A stretch of 64,000 nucleotides of DNA from an uncultured Chlamydiales bacterium (GTDB lineage Bacteria > Chlamydiota > Chlamydiia > Chlamydiales > JAAKFR01): positions 1,707,779-1,771,778 of the forward strand of contig CAWHVD010000001.1 of NCBI GenBank assembly GCA_963832835.1. The letters run 5' to 3'. This document shows positions 20,315 to 29,892 of this stretch, piece after piece (within the stretch, counting starts at the first letter, position 1; each line of letters begins with the position of its first letter). The notes beneath the pieces are model-generated. The model saw nothing but the letters and a program-made list of their open reading frames with translations, had not been told where the DNA came from and did not search any database. The position numbers and the translations under genes were made by a program.

Positions 20315-21115
20315 ATGACTAGTTGGAAAGTTAAGAATACAAACCGTCTACTCACTGAAATAAAAACCAAACTTTCAGGGTTTTACACTGTCAAAGATAT
20401 CCGGTGGGCAATCGACCACAACCGGTGTTTTGTCAACCAAACCCTTGAACGCTTTGGTTCAACTACTGTCAGAGCAGGCGACACCATCTCGATCTTAGTT
20501 GAAAAACGCCCTTTATTTCAAAAAGATCCACTACGTGTTCTTTTTGAAGATGACCAAATACTTGTCTATGATAAAGCCCCTCTTATTTCTTCCGAACAGT
20601 TGGGTAAACTCACTCAATGCCTCCTTGTTCACCGCCTTGATCGCGACACCAGCGGGGTAATGATTCTTGCTAAAACACAGGAAGCTCAAAAAAACCTGGA
20701 GGAGCAATTCCAGAGCCGTACCATCGTAAAAGAATATATGGCTCTTGTCGAAGGAAATCCAGGTGAGGGGGGTACCATTTCTGGAAAAATGGCCCCCCTC
20801 TCTAGACGTGAAGGGGCGGTCACCTGGGGCATGTCTTCTACCGGCCTCTCATCCCAAACAAACTGGCTTTGCCTCTCCAATCGAGGTAACCGAACTCTAC
20901 TACGCTGTATTCCCCTCACAGGTCGAACCCATCAAATTCGGGTTCATCTAGCCCATATTGGCCATCCCATCATCGGAGACGCCACCTATGGGCGCCGTTC
21001 CCACACAAAGGCTCTACGCCCTTTACTGCACGCCCACACCATCCAGTTCCAGCACCCTACCACCCACACTCCCCGCCACTTCACAGCTCCTATCCCTTCC
21101 GATTTTCTATTTTAA
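20315..21115 (+). CDS. RluA-family pseudouridine synthase
   Basis: VHRLDRDTSG, TGRTHQIRVH, GHPIIGD..YG, LLHA. Confidence 0.95.
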   Translation: MTSWKVKNTNRLLTEIKTKLSGFYTVKDIRWAIDHNRCFVNQTLERFGSTTVRAGDTISILVEKRPLFQKDPLRVLFEDDQILVYDKAPLISSEQLGKLTQCLLVHRLDRDTSGVMILAKTQEAQKNLEEQFQSRTIVKEYMALVEGNPGEGGTISGKMAPLSRREGAVTWGMSSTGLSSQTNWLCLSNRGNRTLLRCIPLTGRTHQIRVHLAHIGHPIIGDATYGRRSHTKALRPLLHAHTIQFQHPTTHTPRHFTAPIPSDFLF

Positions 21116-21169
21116 TTATTCGGTCAGCATGATACCTTAGCTCCTCTAAATCTAGGAAAGAGGTTCAAG

Positions 21170-22084
21170 ATGCTACAGATCAACCTAAAAGGTAAAAAAG
21201 CTTTTATCGCCGGAATCGGTGATGATCAAGGATTTGGATGGGCTATTGCCAAAGCGCTGGCAGAAGCCGGAGCCGAAATTATCGTCGGTACCTGGACCCC
21301 TATTTTCAAAATTTTTACAAGTGCCCTGGAAGCTGGCAAGTTTGATGAATCCCGCCGTCTCAGCGATGGGTCGATGCTTACCTTTTCGAAAATCTACTCT
21401 TTGGATGCTGTGTTCGACACTCAGGCCGATGTGCCACAAGAAATTCGAGAAAATAAACGGTACAAAGATGTTGAAGGTTACACCATTTCAGAGGTCGCTG
21501 CAGCGATCAAAAAAGATTTTGAACACATCGACATCCTCGTTCATTCTCTTGCGAACGCTCCAGAAGTGAAAAAGCCCCTTCTCGAAACATCCCGTCAAGG
21601 CTACCTAGCTGCGATGAGCTCTTCAGCCTATTCCTTTATTAGCCTGCTGGCTCATTTCGGACCCTTCATGCCTCCTGGCAGCGCCACTCTCTCGCTTACC
21701 TACCTCGCTTCAGAATGGGCAGTTCCCGGCTACGGTGGAGGAATGAGCTCAGCCAAAGCAGCTCTGGAGAGCGACACACGCACACTCGCTTTTGAAGCGG
21801 GTCGCAAATGGGGCATCCGTGTGAACACCATTTCTGCCGGCGCCTGGAGAAGTAGAGCTGCGAAAGCTATTGGCTTTATCGACCGCATGATCGACTACGC
21901 ACGCGAAGGATCGCCTCTTCAAGAACCTATTGACGCACAAGAGGTGGGCAACTCGGCCGCTTTCCTTGTCTCGAACTTAGCATCCGCCATCACCGGCGTG
22001 ACCCTCTATGTCGACAAAGGGATGCACGCCATGGGTGTGGGCCCCGAAATGCTCCGCCCAGAACCGCCGCCACCTGCTCCGTAG
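21170..22084 (+). CDS. fabI: Enoyl-ACP reductase (chlamydial/plant type)
   Basis: [35 protein letters not shown]. Confidence 0.95.
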   Translation: MLQINLKGKKAFIAGIGDDQGFGWAIAKALAEAGAEIIVGTWTPIFKIFTSALEAGKFDESRRLSDGSMLTFSKIYSLDAVFDTQADVPQEIRENKRYKDVEGYTISEVAAAIKKDFEHIDILVHSLANAPEVKKPLLETSRQGYLAAMSSSAYSFISLLAHFGPFMPPGSATLSLTYLASEWAVPGYGGGMSSAKAALESDTRTLAFEAGRKWGIRVNTISAGAWRSRAAKAIGFIDRMIDYAREGSPLQEPIDAQEVGNSAAFLVSNLASAITGVTLYVDKGMHAMGVGPEMLRPEPPPPAP

Positions 22085-22200
22085 GCAAACCATGTATAAA
22101 ACAATCCTTTAGTTATCACATGTTTCGCACTCAATTGACCGGCGATCCTGGCATGCTAATTGCTTAGCATATTTTTCCTAAATGAAAAAAGGAGAAAAAT

Positions 22201-22461
22201 ATGATCCATTCCAGAAAACTTGGCCTCGCTGGGGGAATACTATGGGGTTTCTGCATGTTTATTTGTACAATCATCGCGATTTACACTGGATATGCTGAAC
22301 AATTTCTAAATGTTATGTCTAGCATCTACCCTGGATACACAATTTCATGGTGGGGAAGCCTAATCGGCCTCATTTATGGGTTTTTTGACGCTTTTATCGG
22401 GTTGTTTCTTCTCGGATGGATTTATAATTTACTAAACCACCAATCATTACAAAAAAAATAA
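22201..22461 (+). CDS. Small membrane protein (holin-like family)
   Basis: 86 aa, AGGAG RBS, hydrophobic, YPGY...GSLIG..YGFFD motif. Confidence 0.7.
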   Translation: MIHSRKLGLAGGILWGFCMFICTIIAIYTGYAEQFLNVMSSIYPGYTISWWGSLIGLIYGFFDAFIGLFLLGWIYNLLNHQSLQKK

Positions 22462-22474
22462 AGCAACAATTTTG

Positions 22475-22663
22475 GTGACTATTCTCGAGCCGGCAGAATC
22501 CTTGAGGCAGGCTCAGTTTGCCAAGGACAAGGTACCTCACAGAAGCTCCAGTGGAGCTTTTTTGATGGATTGTCCGAGAGTTGACGCAGTTAACCGAGGG
22601 GGAGTGGATAGCCACAATAGATAGGCTTTTAACCGAAAAGATGGGGATTGCCTGAATAGTCAC
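22475..22663. mobile_element. MITE-B copy 2 (189 bp)
   Basis: TIRs GTGACTATTC / GAATAGTCAC; CAATTTT on both sides; internal hairpin AAGCTCCA-G-TGGAGCTT followed by Ts. Confidence 0.75.
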
Positions 22664-22756
22664 CAATTTTTCCCGTGTGTGCCTTAAGTTGAGGCCGTAC
22701 ATGGATAAAATGGGCAATAACACCGGAACGCAAGGGTGCTTCAGTCATTCTTGTTA

Positions 22757-22917
22757 TACCATTTCCAGAAAATAAAGTCACAAATTGGCACTGTATAACA
22801 CGCCATTTTTGGACGATCCTTTCTCGCTTAGGTACAAAAACATAGGCTTCGAAACGATCCTTCAAATCTACCATGTTACCCAGCACCACCTCATGGCTTT
22901 ATTTTTGATAAATGGTA
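22757..22917. mobile_element. MITE-A copy 6
   Basis: 161 bp; flanks TTA / TAA. Confidence 0.9.
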
Positions 22918-22998
22918 TAACACTGAAACCAAGAAAAAATATTTGTCTAAAAAGAGCTCATGCCACACAGTTTTTCGTGAACTTAAACGAGATATAGC

Positions 22999-25900
22999 AT
23001 GATTCCCTCTGATTCAAAATTCCCTAACTCCCAAATGCCTTGGTGCATGAGCCAGGAGATCTCCCAACGGCTGCAACCTGCTAACGCCCAATTCAAAGCC
23101 GCCCTTATTTTAGCCACTGATCCTGAATACATTTTTATTTCACGTTATTTCATGGCAAATAAGCCCCCCGGCTACAACATCGGTAAAATTACCTGTGTCT
23201 ATAACAGTTCTTTGCATACTGAGTTTGTAGCTCACTTACATACGATAGAAGAAAATGCCAAAAAGTTTCCTCCCACTTGGCATACTGAAGCATTGCCTCA
23301 AGAAAGAAAGGGCATTATCGCGAGCTGGAGAGCCCTGACACGCCCCTTTTCACCTCTTTCAATACAGGTAGAGGAGGAGAAAAAGACCCTGAGCTCTTCC
23401 AAAGTTCTTCCTCTTTGGTATGGCACCTCCTCTAAAAAAGCCCAATCGATCAGCTCCTCAGGCTTTACTAATTGTGAAAAGGATGGTTATTTTGGCAATG
23501 GTATGTATTTTACAGACAGCGCCCATTATGCCTCCATGAACAATAAAGGTTTTTTGCTCCTTTCGTGGGTCAGCATGAGGGAACCGTTTCCTGTTGTCAG
23601 CGATACGATCCCTCCCAGGCTGTGCGCAGATATTATGGCCCTCAAAGGAAAAGAGGCCTATCAATACTACGATACTCATTTTATTCCCGTTGCTTCATGC
23701 CTGCCAGCTAGTGCAGATACAATAGACTATTTCCCCTGCACCCCAAACCAAAAACCGGATTGCCATCAGATCGTCGTTTTCCAAAAATCACAAGCCTTGC
23801 CCTCTTTTATCATTGAGCTCACAGCGGACCTTCTCCCTTCCCCTCCTATCTGTGATCTCGAGTATGTGGAGCTTTCCAAAGACATCGAGGGTTACTACTG
23901 CAACAGGCTTCTTCAAGCAAAAAAAGCAGAAGACGTCCAAGAGCAGATCTCTTGCCTAGAAAAGCTCGGTGATCTTTACTTAGAAAAACACAATTGGGTA
24001 CAAGCAGCAAAAATCCTCAACGGAGCACTCGCCATTCTAGAAAAACAGGGCGGTAATCCAACACATCTTTTAACAAGACTAGAGCAGATACCAGCCCTCT
24101 TTCTTAAGAGTAGGGGTTTCACCATTTCAGCTGCACACCAAAAATCCATCGTCCGCTATCGCACCCAGCTTAGAGAGGCACGCTCTCGTTATTCTGAGCA
24201 ATTCCAGAAGGGAGCGCCTATAAGAGGGATACAGAGATACCTCACGGCCTTTTTCATAAAAATCTTAAACTCTTTAATTTTAGATTCTCAAGAATGCTTA
24301 GGAGCTCCTCCCGTAGAATGGGCATGTATGGGAATGGGCTCGATGGCAAGGGACGAAATGTGCCCCTACTCCGATCTCGAATTCGCCTTTCTCGTCGCGG
24401 CGAAGACAGAAAAAAGCCTTCAATATTTTACGACTCTCACCCAGCTCCTAGAATTGAGAATCATCAACTTTGGAGAGACAAACTTTCCTCTTTTCGGCAG
24501 GTTGTTTGGAGAGAAATCAGCTCAAGCCAGCCCCACCCCTAGCGGTTTTTCTATGGATTCAGGAGGCAATAGCCCCTTGGGTAAGCCCGGGTTTTATGAG
24601 CTCATCGATACACCAGAAGAGCTTGCCCAATTCCAACGTGTTGAGTGGATGGAGGCTGACATTATTGTCACCAATGCCCTCTCTTCCGTTTGTTATATTG
24701 CTGGCAGTGAAACACTCACAAATGCCTATCACACAGCTAAAGAGGCACAATTCAATAAAGCAGATTATAGCCTTTTTTTTGCAGGACCCCCTTTTCGCGA
24801 AAAGCTTGCCATGAGGCTCTTGGAAGGGCACCTACAAGAATTTAAACCCGATTTATCCCAAGAGAAACAAGAGACCAATGCCTTCGGCATTAAAAAAGAG
24901 CTCTACCGTCCTTTTCAATCCCTGCTGGCCAGCCTCACTCTTTTTTGTGGGCTCAAACTCCAATCTTCTTTCGGAATGGTTGAGCAACTTCTACAAAACA
25001 AAATCCTCTCTCAGGAAGGTTCCAGAAGCTTGACACAAGCTCTCCAACAAGTCCTTGCCTTACGTTTCGAAGCCCATACCTTTTACCAAAATGAAGAGGA
25101 ATTGCTCCTCCATGCGGACAAGGAACAACCTCAAGACCCCCACTATCTTTACCTCGAAGAAAAACGCCTCTCAGTCCTGAATGAGATTTACAGGGTACTG
25201 ATTCCCTTTCACCGCTGTGGAGAAGAGTTTTTGTGCACAGAAGATCCCAAAGTATTTGCAAAAGCTCTCTTTTATGATGAAAGCCCGTCTGTCCAAGGAG
25301 AAGCCTTTGATAAAAACCTGCAGTATAAAAAGGCAAAAAAGGCGCGCCAACAAGCCGTCTCTCTTAACCCCAATGATATTGTTGCTCAGGTGCAGCTCGG
25401 TGAAATTGAATTGAGAGTGGCTGGAGATAGGAAAGCTATATCAAGAAGTCTGAAGGCACTAGCACTGGCCCAGGACAAATATGGTGAAAACAGTCTCCCT
25501 GTAGTTAGAATCTGTAATCTTATCGGACATGGTTATTTACGCATGGGGGAGAATGTTAAGGCTCTCGAATATTTCCAAAAGGCCCAGAAGATTCAGATCC
25601 TGCTTCTGGGCGAAAACAATCTCGATGTAGCTATAAGCTATAACAGTTCGGGCATTGTTTATAAAAACCTCGCAGAGATCCCAAAAGCAATCGAATGTCA
25701 CAACAGGGCTTTGAATATTTTGCTACAGATGGTGAAAAACCTTCCTGATATGGCTGTAATGGAACAAGTAGTCGCAACTCTCAATTACGTCTGCTCTATC
25801 CACAGACATCGGGGTGCACACGCTGAAGCTCTTGAGCTCCACCAAAAGGCTCTCAAGATTCAGCTCCAGTTCTTGGAGGAAAAAAATCCCAATGTAGCCA

Positions 25901-26856
25901 ATAGCTACATTGATATTGGTTCTGACTATAATAGCCTCGGCAAACACGACAAAGCCCTCGAGTTTTACCACAAGGCTCTCCGGATTCAGCACGAGATATT
26001 AGGTAAACATCATCTTGATGTAGCTAGAAGCTACGGCTACATGAGCCATGCCTATAAAGACCTTGGGGAGTATGGCAAAGCTCTAAGGTATTCTCAAAAA
26101 ACTTTAAAATTACAGCTCCGCCTTTTGGATGAAACCAATCCCGTTATCTCTACTAGCTACAACAATATTGCCACGGCCTATATGAAGCTTGGGGAATATG
26201 GCAAAGCACTAGAATGTTCTCAAAAAGCCTTGAAGATTCAGCGACAAGTTTTGGTCGAAAACCATCCTGATATAGCCACAAGCTATAATAGTCTTGGCCT
26301 TGCCTACAAAGGTCTCAGCCAATATGACCTATCCCTCCAATCATACCAAAATGCTTTGAAGATCCAGCTTCAGATCCTAGAAGGCAATCATCTCCATATC
26401 GTCATCAGCTACAATGCGATTAGCATTGGCTATTTGGACCTCAAGGACTACGAAAATGCACTAGAATATTCTCAAAAAGCCTTGAAGATTCAGCGACAAG
26501 TTTTGGTCGAAAACCATCCTGATATAGCCACAAGTCATGAATACAGGGGATTTCTTTATCAACAACTTGGAAAAAACGAAAAATCTCATGAATCTTATCA
26601 AGCTGCTTTAAAGATTTTGCTTCCCCTATATGGCCCTGCCAACGATCGTGTAAAATCAATCAGCGCACGTATGAATCAAATCCCAAATAATGGGAAACCT
26701 ACACCTCATGCAGCACAAATTGTAGAGGATCATGGATGTTGCTTTTACTGTTTTGTATGCACATCCACCTGTCTATTCCTTCCTTGCTATTGGTGTTGTT
26801 GCGCAAAGAATACTGAAGAATCTGAAAAATTGATTATAAATCAAACGCTGAAGTAG
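22999..26856 (+). CDS. Multidomain protein: PARP/ART-like + GlnD/DUF294-type nucleotidyltransferase + TPR array + Cys-rich tail
   Basis: LWYGTS...GYFGNGMYFT...QIVVF; GSMARDEMCPYSDLEF; 42-aa TPR units; terminal CCFYCFVC..CL..PCYWCCC. Confidence 0.8.
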   Translation: MIPSDSKFPNSQMPWCMSQEISQRLQPANAQFKAALILATDPEYIFISRYFMANKPPGYNIGKITCVYNSSLHTEFVAHLHTIEENAKKFPPTWHTEALPQERKGIIASWRALTRPFSPLSIQVEEEKKTLSSSKVLPLWYGTSSKKAQSISSSGFTNCEKDGYFGNGMYFTDSAHYASMNNKGFLLLSWVSMREPFPVVSDTIPPRLCADIMALKGKEAYQYYDTHFIPVASCLPASADTIDYFPCTPNQKPDCHQIVVFQKSQALPSFIIELTADLLPSPPICDLEYVELSKDIEGYYCNRLLQAKKAEDVQEQISCLEKLGDLYLEKHNWVQAAKILNGALAILEKQGGNPTHLLTRLEQIPALFLKSRGFTISAAHQKSIVRYRTQLREARSRYSEQFQKGAPIRGIQRYLTAFFIKILNSLILDSQECLGAPPVEWACMGMGSMARDEMCPYSDLEFAFLVAAKTEKSLQYFTTLTQLLELRIINFGETNFPLFGRLFGEKSAQASPTPSGFSMDSGGNSPLGKPGFYELIDTPEELAQFQRVEWMEADIIVTNALSSVCYIAGSETLTNAYHTAKEAQFNKADYSLFFAGPPFREKLAMRLLEGHLQEFKPDLSQEKQETNAFGIKKELYRPFQSLLASLTLFCGLKLQSSFGMVEQLLQNKILSQEGSRSLTQALQQVLALRFEAHTFYQNEEELLLHADKEQPQDPHYLYLEEKRLSVLNEIYRVLIPFHRCGEEFLCTEDPKVFAKALFYDESPSVQGEAFDKNLQYKKAKKARQQAVSLNPNDIVAQVQLGEIELRVAGDRKAISRSLKALALAQDKYGENSLPVVRICNLIGHGYLRMGENVKALEYFQKAQKIQILLLGENNLDVAISYNSSGIVYKNLAEIPKAIECHNRALNILLQMVKNLPDMAVMEQVVATLNYVCSIHRHRGAHAEALELHQKALKIQLQFLEEKNPNVANSYIDIGSDYNSLGKHDKALEFYHKALRIQHEILGKHHLDVARSYGYMSHAYKDLGEYGKALRYSQKTLKLQLRLLDETNPVISTSYNNIATAYMKLGEYGKALECSQKALKIQRQVLVENHPDIATSYNSLGLAYKGLSQYDLSLQSYQNALKIQLQILEGNHLHIVISYNAISIGYLDLKDYENALEYSQKALKIQRQVLVENHPDIATSHEYRGFLYQQLGKNEKSHESYQAALKILLPLYGPANDRVKSISARMNQIPNNGKPTPHAAQIVEDHGCCFYCFVCTSTCLFLPCYWCCCAKNTEESEKLIINQTLK

Positions 26857-26871
26857 TCTGAGCTCACCTAA

Positions 26872-27032
26872 TACCATTTCCAAAAAATAAAGTCACAAAT
26901 TGGCACTGTATGACACGTCATTTTTGGACGACCCTTTCTCGCTTAGGTACAAAAACATAGGCTTCGAAACGATCCTTCAAATCTACCATGTTACCCAGTG
27001 CCACCTCATGGCTTTATTTTCTGGAAATGGTA
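26872..27032. mobile_element. MITE-A copy 7
   Basis: 161 bp; flanks TAA / TAA. Confidence 0.9.
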
Positions 27033-27277
27033 TAAGTTATAGACCAAAAGCGCCAGCAATCTCGATGTTTTGACCGGTGATGTAGGCTGTTTTGAGATCG
27101 AAAAAGGTGGCAATGATGCGGGCTACTTCTTGTAGGGTTGCAAATCTTTTCATGGGCAAAAGATCAGGGTCTGAAAGGTCGATTGCATTTTCCATATAGC
27201 CGGGGGAGACCATGTTAACCCGGATGTTATCTGGAGCAAGCTCTTTGGCAAGGGATACTGTGTAAAAATGCAACGCT
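26956..27277. repeat. Left copy of the 322-bp target duplication of the IS1634-family element
   Basis: Matches 29101..29422 with one mismatch seen (27205 G vs 29350 A). Confidence 0.95.
27037..27277 (-). pseudogene. Duplicated 3' fragment of the SDR gene
   Basis: ALHFYTV...GAFGL identical in protein sequence to the C-terminus of 29182..29892. Confidence 0.85.
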
Positions 27278-29100
27278 CCTGAGTTTGACACTTGCTTCAC
27301 AAGTGTCAAATAATTAGGTTTTTACGATCGAAATTTCAGGCACAACATTCAGTTTTCAGGGCAGTGCCTCGTTTGGTCGAAATCCCAAGTACCTGAAAAA
27401 TTTTCTCAGCATCTGGCGAAAGCATAGATTGCATTTTTCCCTCGCGTTTCGTCGATTGATCTTCAAAAACTGTTGTATGTACTTGAGCTAACGCGTGTCT
27501 GATGCGGTCAGGGGTAAGATCAAAGCGCTTCTGTCGAAGCAACCACTCTAAAAATCTTTCGAAAAATAAATTCATGAAGCAGAGTAAAACGTGTGTCTTG
27601 ATCCGATGAGTGGTCCAGTGAAAAATTGGACGTGCCTTGAGGGTACATTTGGCAATTCTGAATGCTTCTTCGACATGCCATAAATCGCGGTAGCGCGCTA
27701 AGGCCTGTCCCACACTTAGTTGTGCGCTATTTGAAACAGTAATACCATGAAAACCATCCCAGCTTGCATCCTCTTCGATTGTTTTCTCGTTTAGTGTGAG
27801 CAATGAGCCTTCTTTTACAGTGGTATATTTTTTGTACCCGCCATTGCTTATCACTTTTTTGACAGAAGTTTCGTTTGTTGTATCGGATAGCTTCTGTTTT
27901 AATTTTTCGACCAAGCGTTCCCTATCACCTTTGTCTTTCTTGGCTCTGCTAGGACTATAGGTTGCAATCAGCTGGGTATCAGCATACTGCGGGTGCTGCA
28001 TCACACGAAAGCGTACCCTATCTTCTTCCGGAATGGCTTCTTGGCCTGGCAAAAACTGATAAGCTGCTAAATCATTAATTTTTAATTTTTGAGACATAGA
28101 GCGAAGCTTTGCCGCTATTACAAAATGGAATTGTGCCTCTTGAAGGGCTATCACGTTTTGCTGGCTTGCCAAACCTCGATCACATACCACAGTGACATTG
28201 TTAATTGAAAATCGACTGCGTAATTTTTCAAGAACGGGAATGAGTGTTTTTGTTTCCGCTAAATTACCCTTAAAGACCTCATAAGCAATTGGCAATCCCT
28301 GGGAATCAACAACTAGAGCCAAGACTATCTGGACCGAATGATGCTTCTGATCCTTGCTGAAGCCAAATTCTTTTAAGTCATCTTGCGTAACACTTTCAAA
28401 ATAAAGGGTTGTAACATCAAAGAAAAAACAGTCAACAAGTCCTCCTAAAGCCTTGGAAACAGTATCGAAAGCTTGTGCTTGAATCGCGTCATCTAGGGAT
28501 GCGATAGCATCCATAGAGCGATAAATATGCTGTAAATCAATCCCTTCAAAACCATGCTCTTCCTGGCGCTCGTAAGTGCGTAGTTTGCTGCTAGGCAAGT
28601 CAAATCGTTGGACAAGCATCAATTTGATGATCTCCTGGACATCGAACTGGTGCTTGCCTTGAGCAGATTGAATGATTTTTCCAAAGCCCGATACAGCCAT
28701 TAGCCGGTCTACCACCAGGCCAAAACCATCGTAGATAGTTTGTTTGTGTTTGAGGTCATTGAGGGCCACTTTGGGATCGATTTCCAAACCCTCTTTCTCT
28801 AATCTCTGAATAATCTTATCAGCTAGATCCTTAAGCCGTTCTAAATCTTTTTTGCTTTTGACAACTCCTAAATGGGCGATAGTACGCTGTCTTACCTTTT
28901 TGCCTTCCCGAATACCCTCCACGATTTGAAGAGTAGGATATTTAGCCTTCTTGGATGTCTTCATTCTGATATACATGCATAACATTATGGCACAAATAAA
29001 CGAGATAGTCAACATTAATTCCATGCACAACATTAAAATCTAAAAAAAATTGAACATCAAGCCCTTAGCGTTTTTGAAAGACCCAACTGTCAAAGTCAGG
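27278..29100 (-). mobile_element. IS1634-family insertion sequence (1823 bp)
   Basis: TIRs CCTGAGTTTGACA / TGTCAAAGTCAGG, single transposase, long flanking direct repeats. Confidence 0.9.
27336..28976 (-). CDS. IS1634-family DDE transposase
   Basis: MYIR...R.GKKVRQRTIAHLG, FFDVTTLYFES, FGFSKD, GN.AE..T, VCDRG, Y..LWHVEEAFR..K, RPIFHW. Confidence 0.9.
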   Translation of the reverse strand: MYIRMKTSKKAKYPTLQIVEGIREGKKVRQRTIAHLGVVKSKKDLERLKDLADKIIQRLEKEGLEIDPKVALNDLKHKQTIYDGFGLVVDRLMAVSGFGKIIQSAQGKHQFDVQEIIKLMLVQRFDLPSSKLRTYERQEEHGFEGIDLQHIYRSMDAIASLDDAIQAQAFDTVSKALGGLVDCFFFDVTTLYFESVTQDDLKEFGFSKDQKHHSVQIVLALVVDSQGLPIAYEVFKGNLAETKTLIPVLEKLRSRFSINNVTVVCDRGLASQQNVIALQEAQFHFVIAAKLRSMSQKLKINDLAAYQFLPGQEAIPEEDRVRFRVMQHPQYADTQLIATYSPSRAKKDKGDRERLVEKLKQKLSDTTNETSVKKVISNGGYKKYTTVKEGSLLTLNEKTIEEDASWDGFHGITVSNSAQLSVGQALARYRDLWHVEEAFRIAKCTLKARPIFHWTTHRIKTHVLLCFMNLFFERFLEWLLRQKRFDLTPDRIRHALAQVHTTVFEDQSTKREGKMQSMLSPDAEKIFQVLGISTKRGTALKTECCA

Positions 29101-29422
29101 CATAGGCTTCGAAACGATCCTTCAAATCTACCATGTTACCCAGTGCCACCTCATGGCTTTATTTTCTGGAAATGGTATAAGTTATAGACCAAAAGCGCCA
29201 GCAATCTCGATGTTTTGACCGGTGATGTAGGCTGTTTTGAGATCGAAAAAGGTGGCAATGATGCGGGCTACTTCTTGTAGGGTTGCAAATCTTTTCATGG
29301 GCAAAAGATCAGGGTCTGAAAGGTCGATTGCATTTTCCATATAGCCGGGAGAGACCATGTTAACCCGGATGTTATCTGGAGCAAGCTCTTTGGCAAGGGA
29401 TACTGTGTAAAAATGCAACGCT
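29101..29422. repeat. Right copy of the 322-bp target duplication (includes partial MITE-A at 29101-29177)
   Basis: Starts immediately after the IS end; matches 26956..27277. Confidence 0.95.
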
Positions 29423-29892
29423 GCTTTGGAAGCTGCATACGCTGTTGTTTTGGTAAAACCGCGTTTGCTTTCCAATCCTGTCACTCCCACATTCATGATA
29501 CAGCCCTTTGATGCGCGCAAAGCGGGCAAAAGTGCCTGCGTTAAAAAGACAGGGGTAAAGAAATTGGTTTGGAAGAGCTCCAACCATTGGCCTTGAGTAG
29601 TGTCTTGAGAGGAGGCCATCAAATAATTGCCTACGTTGTTGACAAGGCCTTTTGTGTGTGGATAAAGCTGTGTGTATCTAGAAATAAAATCGTTTAACCC
29701 ATCTTGGTCACTAAAATCACCTTGAATCACCTCTGCCTTGACTCGGAAATTGCGGCACTCTTTGGTAAGAAGATGCGCCGCTACCTGACTCGAACGGTAA
29801 TGGATCACTACATCATGACCTTGGTAGGCAAGCTCAAGGCAAAGTTCTGCACCGAGCCCTTTGGCTCCACCGGTTACCAGAATCGGTTTCAC
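29182..29892 (-). CDS. Short-chain dehydrogenase/reductase (FolM/pteridine reductase-like)
   Basis: TGGAKGLG, IHY, VNNVG, YAASK; coupled to folB. Confidence 0.85.
   Translation of the reverse strand: MKPILVTGGAKGLGAELCLELAYQGHDVVIHYRSSQVAAHLLTKECRNFRVKAEVIQGDFSDQDGLNDFISRYTQLYPHTKGLVNNVGNYLMASSQDTTQGQWLELFQTNFFTPVFLTQALLPALRASKGCIMNVGVTGLESKRGFTKTTAYAASKAALHFYTVSLAKELAPDNIRVNMVSPGYMENAIDLSDPDLLPMKRFATLQEVARIIATFFDLKTAYITGQNIEIAGAFGL

Noticed and set aside
27037-27309. 90-aa ORF as a new fusion gene
   Set aside because: It starts at a TTG inside the IS end and is just the duplicated SDR 3' fragment, lacking the cofactor-binding and catalytic motifs.
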